From IMG/VR virus record IMGVR_UViG_3300023278_002893, positions 124,001 to 188,000 of that record: DNA of 64,000 nt. One strand, written 5' to 3'. Below, one piece after another: positions 42,301 to 51,147 of this stretch. Both the position numbers and the translations under genes were made by a program. Below the pieces are notes generated by a model that saw nothing but the letters and a program-made list of their open reading frames with translations, did not search any database and was not told where the DNA came from. The first letter of the stretch is position 1; each line of letters opens with the position of its first letter.

Positions 42301-45300
42301 AAGTCAGAGTGGTAACATTAACAGCGAGCATGGTAGCGCGTGTGCGCTCCATGATCTTATTCATCTTCAAACCCTGCTGACCATAGACAACCATACCGTC
42401 TAATACATCTTCAATGCCAATTCCAAACTCGGATGCAAAATCAGATGCGGAATCCTGCATACGTTCGAAGTTGGTAACCGAGGTGTCCATCACCTTCTTC
42501 AACGCAGTGACCTTAGTCTCAACTTCGGTAATAACAGTGACCATTTGTCGAAAAGCTCTGATAGTACCATAAACGATACCGGTAGCAAATCCCCACTGAA
42601 CCACTCTTCTCAGAGAGTTTCTCATATGTCCAGTAAATTCTTTAGCGGCACTACCTGCGTTAGTAAGAGACACTACGTACTCATCACCGAACCTACGAGC
42701 AGACATTGTCAGTTTTTCAAGAACCGTGTTGCTCTCCTGATCTACAATCGGAAAGGACCCCTCTTTGGAAATTCTATTACCACCAATAGGCTTGAATCCC
42801 TGCTTGTGCATGGCGGTTAGCTGCTTTCCCCACTGCTCAGCTTGCGCTTCAATGTCTCTTCTCTGCTTATCATAAGACGCCTTCAGATCCATCCCGCCTG
42901 TTGCAGCAGCTTGAATGGGGCGGGAATCAGCAGCAGCGCGTGCGTGCTCTTCCGTAGTTCTGGGAACGGTACCTAACTTCTCATATGCTTTGTGTGCCTT
43001 ATTTGCCATGTCGGCCATTGCTTTGAGAATGTTTACTTGTTCGGAGTCGGGGCCACTGATTGTACCCATGAGAGATGACATTGCTTTTAGAATCGAGGAA
43101 ACCTTACCTAAGTTCTCTACAAGTGTCTCGGGGGACTGAGCAAGTTCATCCCAAATCTGAGTCCAAACCTTGGTCTTACTAATGCCAGCCTCAATCTGAT
43201 CCTTGGCGCTCATCAAGGTTTCACCCAGGCCTCCAAATTTTTCTTTGCTCTCACCACGACCCGCACTCTGCTTGATGATATCAGACCATGCAGATTTTCC
43301 AGGCTGAATTCGTAATTCGTCCGCGGCGGTGGGGAGCATTGCGCCAGAACGGCCCATAGCAATACCTGTCTGTTTGAATGTACCAGGTAGTTTAGTCTGC
43401 CCTAAAACCGCATACATTTGCTGAATAGTGTTGTTGAAGTGCTCTAGTAGCTCGGCGAATTCGGGGGTATCTGCCGCTCCTGAATCCCGAACCTGCTTTA
43501 TCATCTCTTGAAGACCCTTACCTTTGTTGATATACATCTGAAGCTCGGCAGCTTGGAATTCCTGCATCGCCGAGAGATACGCCTCGTTTCCCCGACGACC
43601 ACCACCACCTGCATCTTCGCCGACATCCTTCAATCCTTTCTTATATCCGAAAGCGGTTTCCTGGTAAATCTTCTTCATGTCTGCCATTCGGGCAGGATCT
43701 ACCCCACCCTCCTGTCCCATCTCACTGAGCATCAATCGCATAGACTCGGCGGGGACTTCCATTCCCGAAATGTTCTCGCCGGGGAATGAGATAGGACCCG
43801 CAGTGCGGGTACGTCCACCTTTTCGCTCACCGGCGACCAGCTTGAGATTATTACGTGCCTCCTTCAATGCCTGGTCAAATAATATCAACTCATCACTGAG
43901 CTTCCTATTGAGTTCTGCTCCGGGGTATCCTCCGGCAGAACGTATTTTATCCTGCGCCTCACCCCGGACCGTCTGTCCGTGGGTTTTAGTCACAGATGCT
44001 ATCATACCGCCAGCCTGTTTAAGAATATTTCCAGAAATACCACCAACCGCCTCATCTAATTCAGAAAACATCTTCATTAGAGCTTTTTGTACTTCGTCGG
44101 GGATGTCTCCGAAGATCTCCATCCACTTGGATGGGTTAGTAAGATGGGCTAGCAGCTCTTCAGCGACCATCTCGAAGTATTTCGTACCCTGTGCCTGTAT
44201 GGCTTCATCCGCAGTTTTACCTGCAAACTCTTTCAAATTACCTATACCAGAAACCTCAGCACCGCCACCACTCTCCCTTCGGATCTTACTCAACAGCTTT
44301 AATTTATCAGCGTTACGCCCTACCATTGTTAGTTGATTTGCCGCCTTTAGTATTAACGGCGCCGCCTGGCCTATAGCGGTACCACCATCGACGAGGGAGG
44401 CAGATATCTCATTGATACCAGATCTAACAGTCTTAGCACTCTTATGTATATTCTCATGAGCCAGTGTAGCACCCATATTGGATATAGCTTGGGTAACGAA
44501 CTCTATACCTTTAGCAGTGGTCGGAATTTCCCCAGCGTCTATACGCCCAAGCATCTTCAGAGCCATTTCCAGAGGCTTCATTCGGGAGGTTGCGCCGACG
44601 CTGATCTTTCCCTCGCCGGGGGCAGTTCCTGGTTTCTCACGATAAACACCCGCAACCTTCTTAGGATCTAAACCACTAGCAATAAAAAGCTCGTCGCTAA
44701 CTACACCGTACATTTGCTTGATATTAGCAATCCATGCAGAAAGTTTATCTACTATCTCTTTACCCACAGCAATAGGTTTACCCGGATCTTCTTCCAGATC
44801 CACCCCACCCTTCAGCGCCTGGGCGGTGTCGCTAAACAGCGTGTTGAGAATCTTAGAAGCGCGATCCTCCAGAGGCAGCCCCTCCATCTCTCGGGTGCCC
44901 TTCCTTCTAGACAATGCATAGGATTCAGGAATAATCTCACGAGGATCTAATCCCTCTATCTTGCCTTGATTCTGGGCAGTTTTGGTAGTTCTTTGTCTGA
45001 CGTACTCTGCAGCCGATGACGGGCTAGCGCCTTTATCTATCATGGCCTGGCGGGCATTCTCCTCCAGCATTTCCTGCATGCGTTTGAGCTGACCTCTAAG
45101 ATCCATCTTATCCAACAACTGCTGAATGACCTTCTCGTAATTACCCTTGTCTAATCCTTGACCCTCTTTGAGAACTCCCTCCTCAAGAGCCGTCTGTGTA
45201 AGTGCGGCTGGATCCTGAGACCTAAGCATGGGCTCCATCTCGGCAAACATTTGCTTATTATAACGTCCCATTTTACCAAAAGTATCACCACCCCCAGCAT

Positions 45301-48300
45301 CCATTCCTGCTATGATCCTAGCCATTCCGGAGGGTCCGGATGACAATGACTTTACAAGATCTTGTGGTCCCGCCATGTTGCCCGAACCGCTCTTAGCAGC
45401 TAAAGACTCATTAATGTTCATCATAATGTAATCGGAAGCTGTTGCAAATGCGTCTCCCGACATCTTAGCACCACCTACAACTGCGTTATAGAAAATGTTG
45501 AACACGTCCGAAAGAAGTCCTACAGAAAGCTTACCGCCGGTAAGTGCCAAGGTCTGCTCTCTTTCCGTTTCTGCGCTATCAGGCATGGCCACTGCGGCTT
45601 TATATGCATCCGGGCGCTTGGCGATTGCGCCGAATGCCTCGTTAGCGCCTTCCAAGCTAGAATAATCTTGATCTGCAGTTTCTATACTACCTATAATATT
45701 ACGCATAGCGGACTGCATGGAGAAACCGGTCTGTAAATAAATCTCCTTAGCTGTCTTCATGGCGTGTGCTGACTCTATCGTCATTGCCCCAAACAGCTTA
45801 GTGGCGTCACCGTCGAAGTCTAGGTTCATGGTTGCCGAATGAAAAGCATTAGTAAATTCATAAATAGCGCGGTTGGCTATTCCAAGATTCTTCCTAGCTT
45901 TGTCTGCGGCAGGACCCAGTCCGTTATTGGCTTTTATAACCTTCATAGAAGATGCCCGTAGGTCCTCAAAAGGTTTTTTTACCTTCTGAGCATCTTCGGT
46001 AGAGGACATTGCGAAGGTACCCGGAACACCCATCTTACCTTCAGGTAGTCGCCCCGTCTTATCCTCCATTATTTTAACAATCTGCTGGCTCGCGCCTCCT
46101 GTAACAGGATCGCGAAGATGCATACCTCTTTCCATAACCTTGTCAAGATCCTTCCCGCTTAGCTTCTGTCCCATAGCCTTAGCTTGTTTCTTAGCCAGAG
46201 ACCGCATCGTTGCGTAGTCTTTCTTGCTGAGAAGAATACCGTCTCGGGGGAGGACGTCCTTAGTCACCTGGAGAGACTTCATTCTATCCAGAGCCTCAAG
46301 CGCATCACTCGTATCCGCACCTGCCTTTCCTAAAGCCTTAAGATGTCTTTCCGCTCTCTTTATCTCGGAAGACATATCTACTGCATACTCAATAGCTTTA
46401 GAGTACTGCGCGTTGGCGAGACCCGAGCCACGAGTCTGTGCTACCTTTCGAGACTCTTCAAATGCAGGAGTTCCTGAGGTTCTACCGAATCCCTGAGAGG
46501 TGACCTCTTGTAGGAGCTGTCCTTTTACCTGATCCTGTCTTTCCCATTGTTTTTCCGTAAAAGCAGGGTCTTCGGCAGAAGCTGTGCCTACACGCTTAAG
46601 TGCGGCTTCTACAAGATCTAAACTCTTAAACAAACCACCTGTGCTTGCTATTGATCCGGTTTTTTTATTCTCCGCCCTGAAACCAAGCACGTCGCGCATT
46701 CTATTAATCTGTGCAACATCTCCCTTACCCCCACCCACATAATCTTCAGCGGACTGTCGATTAGTTTCTATCCTACCACCACGTCCAAAGTATTGTATAC
46801 CAGATTTCATCCCAAGACCTTTCATAGCCTTAACGAGAGGCATAAAAGTGTTCTTGAACTCCTTAACCATAGACTTGCCTTCGTCTGTATCCGGTCCCGC
46901 TTTCTTAATATCAGATATCTGCTGGTTCATTCTCTTAGTGAGGAATTCTGCAGATTCCCTATGCGCAGCCTCACTGTCTCTGGGAGTCAATTCTCCCCGG
47001 CCGCCTTTAATGTTCATGCTCTGCTGTCTAAGTTTTTCCAAAAGCCTGGTCAGTTTACTGGGATCCGCCAAACCTTCTTCGGTAGTACGCACATCCCGCT
47101 GGCCTACAGCCTTTCCCATTCCGGGGATAAAGAGCTCCTCTTGCCCTCCCCCTTTTTTAGGAAGCATCATACTAAAAGCCTGCTTCTGAAACTCAGGATC
47201 TGCTAGAGTACCTTTCATCATATCAGGTTCGGCGAATCCTCCCGGCATTGGTGAAAAATCTTCAGGTTTCATCTTCTTCAGGTTAGAAACGACGCTGGCA
47301 CCAGCGCCGCTCATACTAAGAAGCATCTTGCGATAATCATCCTGCGCGGAGATTACATGTTTACTACTTTTGTTCTGGGCTGCCATTGCAAAGGATAGGG
47401 TTTCCGCTCTCTGCTCAAGAGCTTTCATTGCCACGGGGTCTATGAATCTATCACGCTCGATTGACTCTCCGGTCTGACCTTCCTTCTCGATTCGATTCCA
47501 CGCTAACCTACCTGTAAGTACCTTACCGATTCCACCCGCAGCCAGAGCACCTGAAGTTTTCTCGAATGCTGATTCGGGGTCAAGTCCTAACTCCTTACCC
47601 ACCGCGCGGGCGGCGGGTGCCATCTCCAACCCGGGAGTTGCTTTCATAGCACCGGTTATCTTATCAAATATTGTTTGCGCAGCTACCTTACCTCCAGAAG
47701 CCATGCTGGTAGAAATCATTGCGATGATGTCTTGTAGGTCAGCACGTCTAATGAAACCTTCTGCGCTGGTAATTACGTCAGTGTCTTTACCTGCGCCGAA
47801 CTTTGCCATAGACTCGTCAGATACAACCTTAGCAATACTTTTACTTCCTGCAAAAGTTGAGAACTTAGAACCGGTAGTCGCTGCATTGAATTCATCGAAG
47901 ACGATCTCGAACATCTTCCTACCATTTCTAAAGACCTGCTTTAATTCCTTGATCTCCGCATAAGACCCCTTAAGGTTAAACTCAATGTCTTTACCCGCAG
48001 CATCTATGCCTAATTTCTGACCCTTCTGTAATCCCATTCCTACGACTAGGTCTTCCGAAAGATTTGAAACCGTTTCTTTATCTTCCTTGTACATACCCGC
48101 ACGTTTAGCTGCGGAAGCTCTCATCAAGATCTGATCTTCGTGAAGCTCCGGTATGTGTTTTTGAGACACTGCTGCAGTTTTAAAATTCAATGACGACGCA
48201 GAAATCTGACCCTGCTTCAATAGCTGCTTCATTAGAGGGGACACAATGTCAGGCATCTCACCGCCTTCCACCTTAGCAAATCCCTTCATAAAGTTAGTAC

Positions 48301-50029
48301 GCATCTGCTTACTAAACCCAGCACCACCTGCCAAGAGTTCGGCTACGGGCCTGGTCTGGACTTTACCTTGGACAGCCCCTCCCTCCGACAGACCACCAAG
48401 AGACTTAGCCATGTCAGCTGCGGCCTCCTCGGTGAGTCCAATCATGGAAACCACGTCGGCACCTGCGGCAACAAACTTACCGGAAGCGCGTGTCATGTCG
48501 TGGAGAATAGCAGCTATCTCACCGAGCTTACCAGCATCGGTGTCATGTTTCATTATCTTCTCGGTCTGTTTCTTGGAGGGGGTCCATTGAAGTTGGGACT
48601 CTCCCCCCTTTATAAACTGACCCATAGATTGATGTTTCTCATATCTAGACGCATCCCCGCCAATTCTCTTTCTAATCATCGAACGCGTCATCTGAACAGC
48701 AGTTTCTTGGGACCTGCCTGCTCTTCTGGCAATTACTTTAAGTTCACCCTCAACACCCTCCAGGGCGTGAGTAATACTATCAAGCCTTGTTACGTTGTTT
48801 CCCTGAATCTTAAGAACACTACCTATTATCTTCTCTGAACCCGCACCTGTCTTAATGGTAGGGACGGAACCAGGAGCCACGCGTACATCCCCAGGAGAGG
48901 GCAACCCCAGAGCAGCCTGAAGATTTTTACCTTTGAAACTAGGTAAAGCTGTTTCTATATCCTTACCTAAACGAACAAGAGCTTTGGATACCGTCTTAGC
49001 AGTCTGTTCTGCCTGTGCTTGGTAGTCAACTCGACCCTGCGTCCCACGGGGAGGTGAAGTTCTAGCCTCCTCCCTCTTAACGGTAGCCTGCTTAGTTCCC
49101 CTGCTGTCTATTTTAGGAACACCAGTAACAGACCGGGTCTGGGGAGTAACCAAACTACTATCTCTCCGGCCTCCCGTTTCACTACGAGTAGTTCTATCTC
49201 TTTGGATATTTCTGTTGGTGGCGCCCGCAGCGGGTTGGTTTTTGATAGTCTGTCTGGGGTCTCTCTGCGCTTTTCCAGCTCCAGAACCAACAATGCCGCC
49301 AGTCAGCGCGGCTCCCTGCTTATTTATCTTAGAGATAAATCGGGATCGCGCTGCGGCGGCAGTTCTTTCAGCGGCGGTCGAAGCTTCAATCGCCTTTATA
49401 TTATCTAAAGTAGCTTTTCTTTTGCGCTCCTCCAGTCTTACATTCTGCTCCAGGATACGACTAACTTTAGCCTGGGCACGTTGTAATTTCCTGGAAGTCT
49501 CAGTAGATTTATCACCTGCTTTTATTTCACGCGCAAGAGACTGGGCCCTCTTCTCAGCGGCTACGGCTGCTTTCTCGATACGCGCAACCCGTCCTGCTAA
49601 ACCTGATTCTATTTTACCTAGAGTCTTGTCACTCTTAGAAGAGGACGCCTGTGCGGCAGTTCCAGCGCGCGATGGTGTAGATTTTACAGGTGTGGAAACT
49701 TGTGTCTTAGACTGGCGCTGCGACTTATTAAGTGCAGCAGTTAGAGAAGATAAAGCAGATGTCATTTCTTTGGTAGACGCTTCAAAGCTCTTGAATTCAG
49801 ACCTAAGTACTTTACGTACATCCTTGGCAAAGTCTGCGCCCTTGACGCCTGTAGCCCCAGCTGCAGCTTTAACTGATCCAGAACTAGGACCGATAGCTCC
49901 AAGATTAACACCTTTAAGTGCGTTCTGGGTAGCGGACTTAACGGCTTTCTTTATTTGACCTTCTAGACCTTTGATACTAGTCTGATCAAGTTCTAGATCT
50001 ATACCAATCTTAAACTTTTCTTCTACCAA
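36365..50029 (-). CDS. Tape measure protein (4554 aa) fused to an N-terminal two-barrel RNA polymerase domain and a zincin-like metallopeptidase motif
   Basis: TTG start with GGAGG SD; follows the tail chaperones; TP901-type core from ~aa 2470 (RRVVQWG...ASEFG...AITAKDLADAVKRSGAAA...GKEVATSTK); RNAP motifs HEDQILM, GSKFSTFAGSKS, LRDP, NLDFDGD; HENIH...EELLAH. Confidence 0.88.
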   Translation of the reverse strand: MVEEKFKIGIDLELDQTSIKGLEGQIKKAVKSATQNALKGVNLGAIGPSSGSVKAAAGATGVKGADFAKDVRKVLRSEFKSFEASTKEMTSALSSLTAALNKSQRQSKTQVSTPVKSTPSRAGTAAQASSSKSDKTLGKIESGLAGRVARIEKAAVAAEKRAQSLAREIKAGDKSTETSRKLQRAQAKVSRILEQNVRLEERKRKATLDNIKAIEASTAAERTAAAARSRFISKINKQGAALTGGIVGSGAGKAQRDPRQTIKNQPAAGATNRNIQRDRTTRSETGGRRDSSLVTPQTRSVTGVPKIDSRGTKQATVKREEARTSPPRGTQGRVDYQAQAEQTAKTVSKALVRLGKDIETALPSFKGKNLQAALGLPSPGDVRVAPGSVPTIKTGAGSEKIIGSVLKIQGNNVTRLDSITHALEGVEGELKVIARRAGRSQETAVQMTRSMIRKRIGGDASRYEKHQSMGQFIKGGESQLQWTPSKKQTEKIMKHDTDAGKLGEIAAILHDMTRASGKFVAAGADVVSMIGLTEEAAADMAKSLGGLSEGGAVQGKVQTRPVAELLAGGAGFSKQMRTNFMKGFAKVEGGEMPDIVSPLMKQLLKQGQISASSLNFKTAAVSQKHIPELHEDQILMRASAAKRAGMYKEDKETVSNLSEDLVVGMGLQKGQKLGIDAAGKDIEFNLKGSYAEIKELKQVFRNGRKMFEIVFDEFNAATTGSKFSTFAGSKSIAKVVSDESMAKFGAGKDTDVITSAEGFIRRADLQDIIAMISTSMASGGKVAAQTIFDKITGAMKATPGLEMAPAARAVGKELGLDPESAFEKTSGALAAGGIGKVLTGRLAWNRIEKEGQTGESIERDRFIDPVAMKALEQRAETLSFAMAAQNKSSKHVISAQDDYRKMLLSMSGAGASVVSNLKKMKPEDFSPMPGGFAEPDMMKGTLADPEFQKQAFSMMLPKKGGGQEELFIPGMGKAVGQRDVRTTEEGLADPSKLTRLLEKLRQQSMNIKGGRGELTPRDSEAAHRESAEFLTKRMNQQISDIKKAGPDTDEGKSMVKEFKNTFMPLVKAMKGLGMKSGIQYFGRGGRIETNRQSAEDYVGGGKGDVAQINRMRDVLGFRAENKKTGSIASTGGLFKSLDLVEAALKRVGTASAEDPAFTEKQWERQDQVKGQLLQEVTSQGFGRTSGTPAFEESRKVAQTRGSGLANAQYSKAIEYAVDMSSEIKRAERHLKALGKAGADTSDALEALDRMKSLQVTKDVLPRDGILLSKKDYATMRSLAKKQAKAMGQKLSGKDLDKVMERGMHLRDPVTGGASQQIVKIMEDKTGRLPEGKMGVPGTFAMSSTEDAQKVKKPFEDLRASSMKVIKANNGLGPAADKARKNLGIANRAIYEFTNAFHSATMNLDFDGDATKLFGAMTIESAHAMKTAKEIYLQTGFSMQSAMRNIIGSIETADQDYSSLEGANEAFGAIAKRPDAYKAAVAMPDSAETEREQTLALTGGKLSVGLLSDVFNIFYNAVVGGAKMSGDAFATASDYIMMNINESLAAKSGSGNMAGPQDLVKSLSSGPSGMARIIAGMDAGGGDTFGKMGRYNKQMFAEMEPMLRSQDPAALTQTALEEGVLKEGQGLDKGNYEKVIQQLLDKMDLRGQLKRMQEMLEENARQAMIDKGASPSSAAEYVRQRTTKTAQNQGKIEGLDPREIIPESYALSRRKGTREMEGLPLEDRASKILNTLFSDTAQALKGGVDLEEDPGKPIAVGKEIVDKLSAWIANIKQMYGVVSDELFIASGLDPKKVAGVYREKPGTAPGEGKISVGATSRMKPLEMALKMLGRIDAGEIPTTAKGIEFVTQAISNMGATLAHENIHKSAKTVRSGINEISASLVDGGTAIGQAAPLILKAANQLTMVGRNADKLKLLSKIRRESGGGAEVSGIGNLKEFAGKTADEAIQAQGTKYFEMVAEELLAHLTNPSKWMEIFGDIPDEVQKALMKMFSELDEAVGGISGNILKQAGGMIASVTKTHGQTVRGEAQDKIRSAGGYPGAELNRKLSDELILFDQALKEARNNLKLVAGERKGGRTRTAGPISFPGENISGMEVPAESMRLMLSEMGQEGGVDPARMADMKKIYQETAFGYKKGLKDVGEDAGGGGRRGNEAYLSAMQEFQAAELQMYINKGKGLQEMIKQVRDSGAADTPEFAELLEHFNNTIQQMYAVLGQTKLPGTFKQTGIAMGRSGAMLPTAADELRIQPGKSAWSDIIKQSAGRGESKEKFGGLGETLMSAKDQIEAGISKTKVWTQIWDELAQSPETLVENLGKVSSILKAMSSLMGTISGPDSEQVNILKAMADMANKAHKAYEKLGTVPRTTEEHARAAADSRPIQAAATGGMDLKASYDKQRRDIEAQAEQWGKQLTAMHKQGFKPIGGNRISKEGSFPIVDQESNTVLEKLTMSARRFGDEYVVSLTNAGSAAKEFTGHMRNSLRRVVQWGFATGIVYGTIRAFRQMVTVITEVETKVTALKKVMDTSVTNFERMQDSASDFASEFGIGIEDVLDGMVVYGQQGLKMNKIMERTRATMLAVNVTTLTSVEATEALTAAHKVFGDSVSGSAEFVDAWAAVAARHAITAKDLADAVKRSGAAAQVAGVGFEDFMGVVTAIGAVTRQSGKEVATSTKFMFRAMRRPTAQKELGKMGVGSMEVGGDFKPAMGILKELAGSWDGMTRAQQVNLAQAMAGIRHYNSFIVLMNNFDEALLASADAANSQGFAMRKNRLAMQTFTKNVTVLKESVKGLVLEFGKTGLGLATGAIQSVSKLVGLVGDLHPMIMKSTMGAVAMGLAFHKAADLIADTMDVFSGNEVSTTGGGRSSTFKLLSGIKSSAKTGWDAAGAGTGRTEEMTKFASTAHLTRRAVDGLGNSLLGTSLVTKLAEKGFLGATVAQKGFSAAMVTSVGAAAILTVVAALGGAYMAYQKASQSAKDYEQSVEEVMGRSEDAASTLRSQSVNADRLALSFIKVGKAQEAMADDAAMSTALGEGRFKGAATAAQTYNNMMADIGNSMASLDPTKVQGISDSGDYILGIDSNFKSLTVSALDAQNAITTAFKVDVISKFAEELTTAEGILDNMKQGFAKFANFATGGMAGANEDQSGMGKLRDTRKEIQKLSKIMNEQAKSGEYSLVNQSRMNELVAQEGAEREAVLATANEMKRVFESIPEFGDLESAMGSITPQLQSQINDAAEAGAFGRGATGSSVMTQFMGKQSGLGGVLDYQNTQSSGLIANAFLSRGIGATSGSGAVTGSAGAPVKAGQMAVISQAAADLKTGGVTTLFSSLEEGTEKAIWQFRTSTGALSSVMGTELEGVVKELEKADVAHHFMTWTKKEVDAAEAHTKKIMTMQYSGAMAGVRIPTGGMPNLGPASEKELSVEQRVMRSLPEDMQRLADIQSEFNALTKEYGEDLLTDVEGTYKRQASSGKALKVVTQEVLQLATTLQKEGFFLSVLGNYQKMQEKLNITLKDAATAAADYERAEANKNKFITGSGGAMKGMGAVPSIDLGKSFKELSGLEKLAVAVPEFAKLLRGTAGTSDKRNRDLDTLNKIEKQMSDFETSVTDMAKAGDSMTSEQKKRLAGSGEKTSAGQLEMIRGMNKLADDFTDIGGRQLSVQNSMLEALHELTYIQSLPEGDRAEAFASVMSKKSFKEKTSAFGEVLGGGAMNDVFKKVLNIIPDADGNLRAGANAPSHPQMKNIVALMNGMQQFEGRGMIDVPLSDTADGQPTQQFWSQKDLQSNLADRMAEVFENDGKAASGLTTEMIKSSSPQDMSKAKAAKQLKASKDLDAAKAKSIQWENSVRASHLEAQAKAIKALEDSNNKLQADIPAIRLADAAINFATTLNDMVRDFEKADSQIINKIDSDLDGPMARVGQAGFRTSFENKRRDIEKQFGSGGRTTLADMRAKKQALKDVDFDEKEAVIQQKQSIETTALRSQQQKAERVRSTLADVMFDPGQSDDLKAKAQKYFDILGEELATSEQATKKGRDDKLFFKGLPSLEGLSKFAGSITQEAQDLSKKAARQAGVEDMATGMIPTNAILTTSVGLQREQLSALETLTNKAADPTSGIRMGASAIPAPGGVATSGPETIKNKWNEQELAAMVAGPGTKSTGPTLGLSMQGGFGTKPPTAGTFAQLAGGRPGESTYTGQLKAADRGSELTAGEKQISAMRIIQKGIDSGEHVYRGRESGVLSSTELAGTGTVNLNAGMRRINPMVGLTNNNLAAEANASARFGDDAASPSNVIRKEDGSAPGTRDDPADRVTRGGTGDGGSSEALSALNDSIASLNEVIGGLASQGVTLPESFSSDIASIGSDITEALGETLTVTIDGEPAVTVSNIDELAVAATEAATGAAGADITALGVRVDAVEGLTDTSGPLNESILALEEDVSTLESKQTLTTSNLDALTLEVSTFSTTIELATTTSQAASESATLATEASSSATSAAATATTVATAATENVSVLAEQITDLSTAVGDNKQGIEAEVRQINTEITTAETARKSDKQLLGEIGQRASTALTQASQALSLAQAGRGN

Positions 50030-50056
50030 TTGTCCGTGTCCTCCACCGTTAGATTA

Positions 50057-51145
50057 TCATCTAGAGCCGCCCCTCATGGCAGACTTAGACTTAGCCCTTG
50101 AGCGTCTGTTCCTAGAACGACGACTATTAGGGTTAATAACTTCCACCTCTGAGGTTCCTTCAGCGATCTTTAGTCTTTCTTCACTATACGCTAATTTCAT
50201 ATACTCAGGATGGGATGGTGTGATAATCAACTCCTCGCCTCTCTCCCATGCGTTTAACTTACCGCCCTTATTGCCTCCTCGACCTGCTGCCTTTCCTTCT
50301 GTCTTTTCCTGTTCTCTATTCTTAAAGTAATCACCCATGTACTCATCAAGCTTCTCGTCATCTTCTATTATTTCTTGAGAAGGCTGATCGTCTGGGAGCA
50401 TCTCATAAATGGACTGGTAATAATTACTCCAATATAAGAGAGACATTTGATCGGGGGTCAGGTCCAACAATCCATCTTGGAATAACTGCTGACCCATCTT
50501 AGTAGCTGCAGTGTATCTTATACGCCACAGACTATGACGCGCTAAAAAGCGAATGGATTTGGAGGGCAACCCCACGTTAAATTTAGTAAAGTTTTCAAAA
50601 AGAGAAGCTCTCAAATCATGTCGAGTCTCGTCTTCAAATTCCTTAAAAGTATCCCAAAAACGTTCTCCAGTTACTGCGTAAGTGGAAGCCCAGGTCAAGA
50701 ATATAAAAGACTCCTCGTCCGCCTTCCTCTCCTGCGAAAGATAAAGAATATTATGAACCTTATTCTGAAGCGGCGCTGCTTGATCTTGGAGGCGCTCTAT
50801 GTTTTCCTGGATCTGATCTTTACGGGCATCAATTGATGTCATCTCCAGAACAGACGTCTGGGCCTCGATCTTCTCCTGTATCTCTTTCAGCGTATCCTTA
50901 TCTTCTTGAGTAGTTACCTTTTCAGACAACCCCTCTGCTTCTTCGAGAGTGGGAAGACCTTCCTCCTGCGCTGTGAGCAAAGCCTTGTCTCTCATATAGC
51001 GACTGAGAAGTAAATCTTGCGCTTTAGGAAAACAAAATATTATAAATTCTACTCCTCCAATGTAGTCTAGACGGGTAAGACGTTTGTTGGAAATTATAGA
51101 ATCAAGCAAAGCCTCTATTTCCTGAAAAGGAAGCTCCTCAATCAT
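50057..51145 (-). CDS. Tail assembly chaperone-like protein (GT-like), paralog of the upstream gene with a C-terminal extension
   Basis: Lies between the tail tube and tape measure genes; N-terminal ~190 aa align with 51148..52020. Confidence 0.6.
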   Translation of the reverse strand: MIEELPFQEIEALLDSIISNKRLTRLDYIGGVEFIIFCFPKAQDLLLSRYMRDKALLTAQEEGLPTLEEAEGLSEKVTTQEDKDTLKEIQEKIEAQTSVLEMTSIDARKDQIQENIERLQDQAAPLQNKVHNILYLSQERKADEESFIFLTWASTYAVTGERFWDTFKEFEDETRHDLRASLFENFTKFNVGLPSKSIRFLARHSLWRIRYTAATKMGQQLFQDGLLDLTPDQMSLLYWSNYYQSIYEMLPDDQPSQEIIEDDEKLDEYMGDYFKNREQEKTEGKAAGRGGNKGGKLNAWERGEELIITPSHPEYMKLAYSEERLKIAEGTSEVEVINPNSRRSRNRRSRAKSKSAMRGGSR

Positions 51146-51147
51146 TA

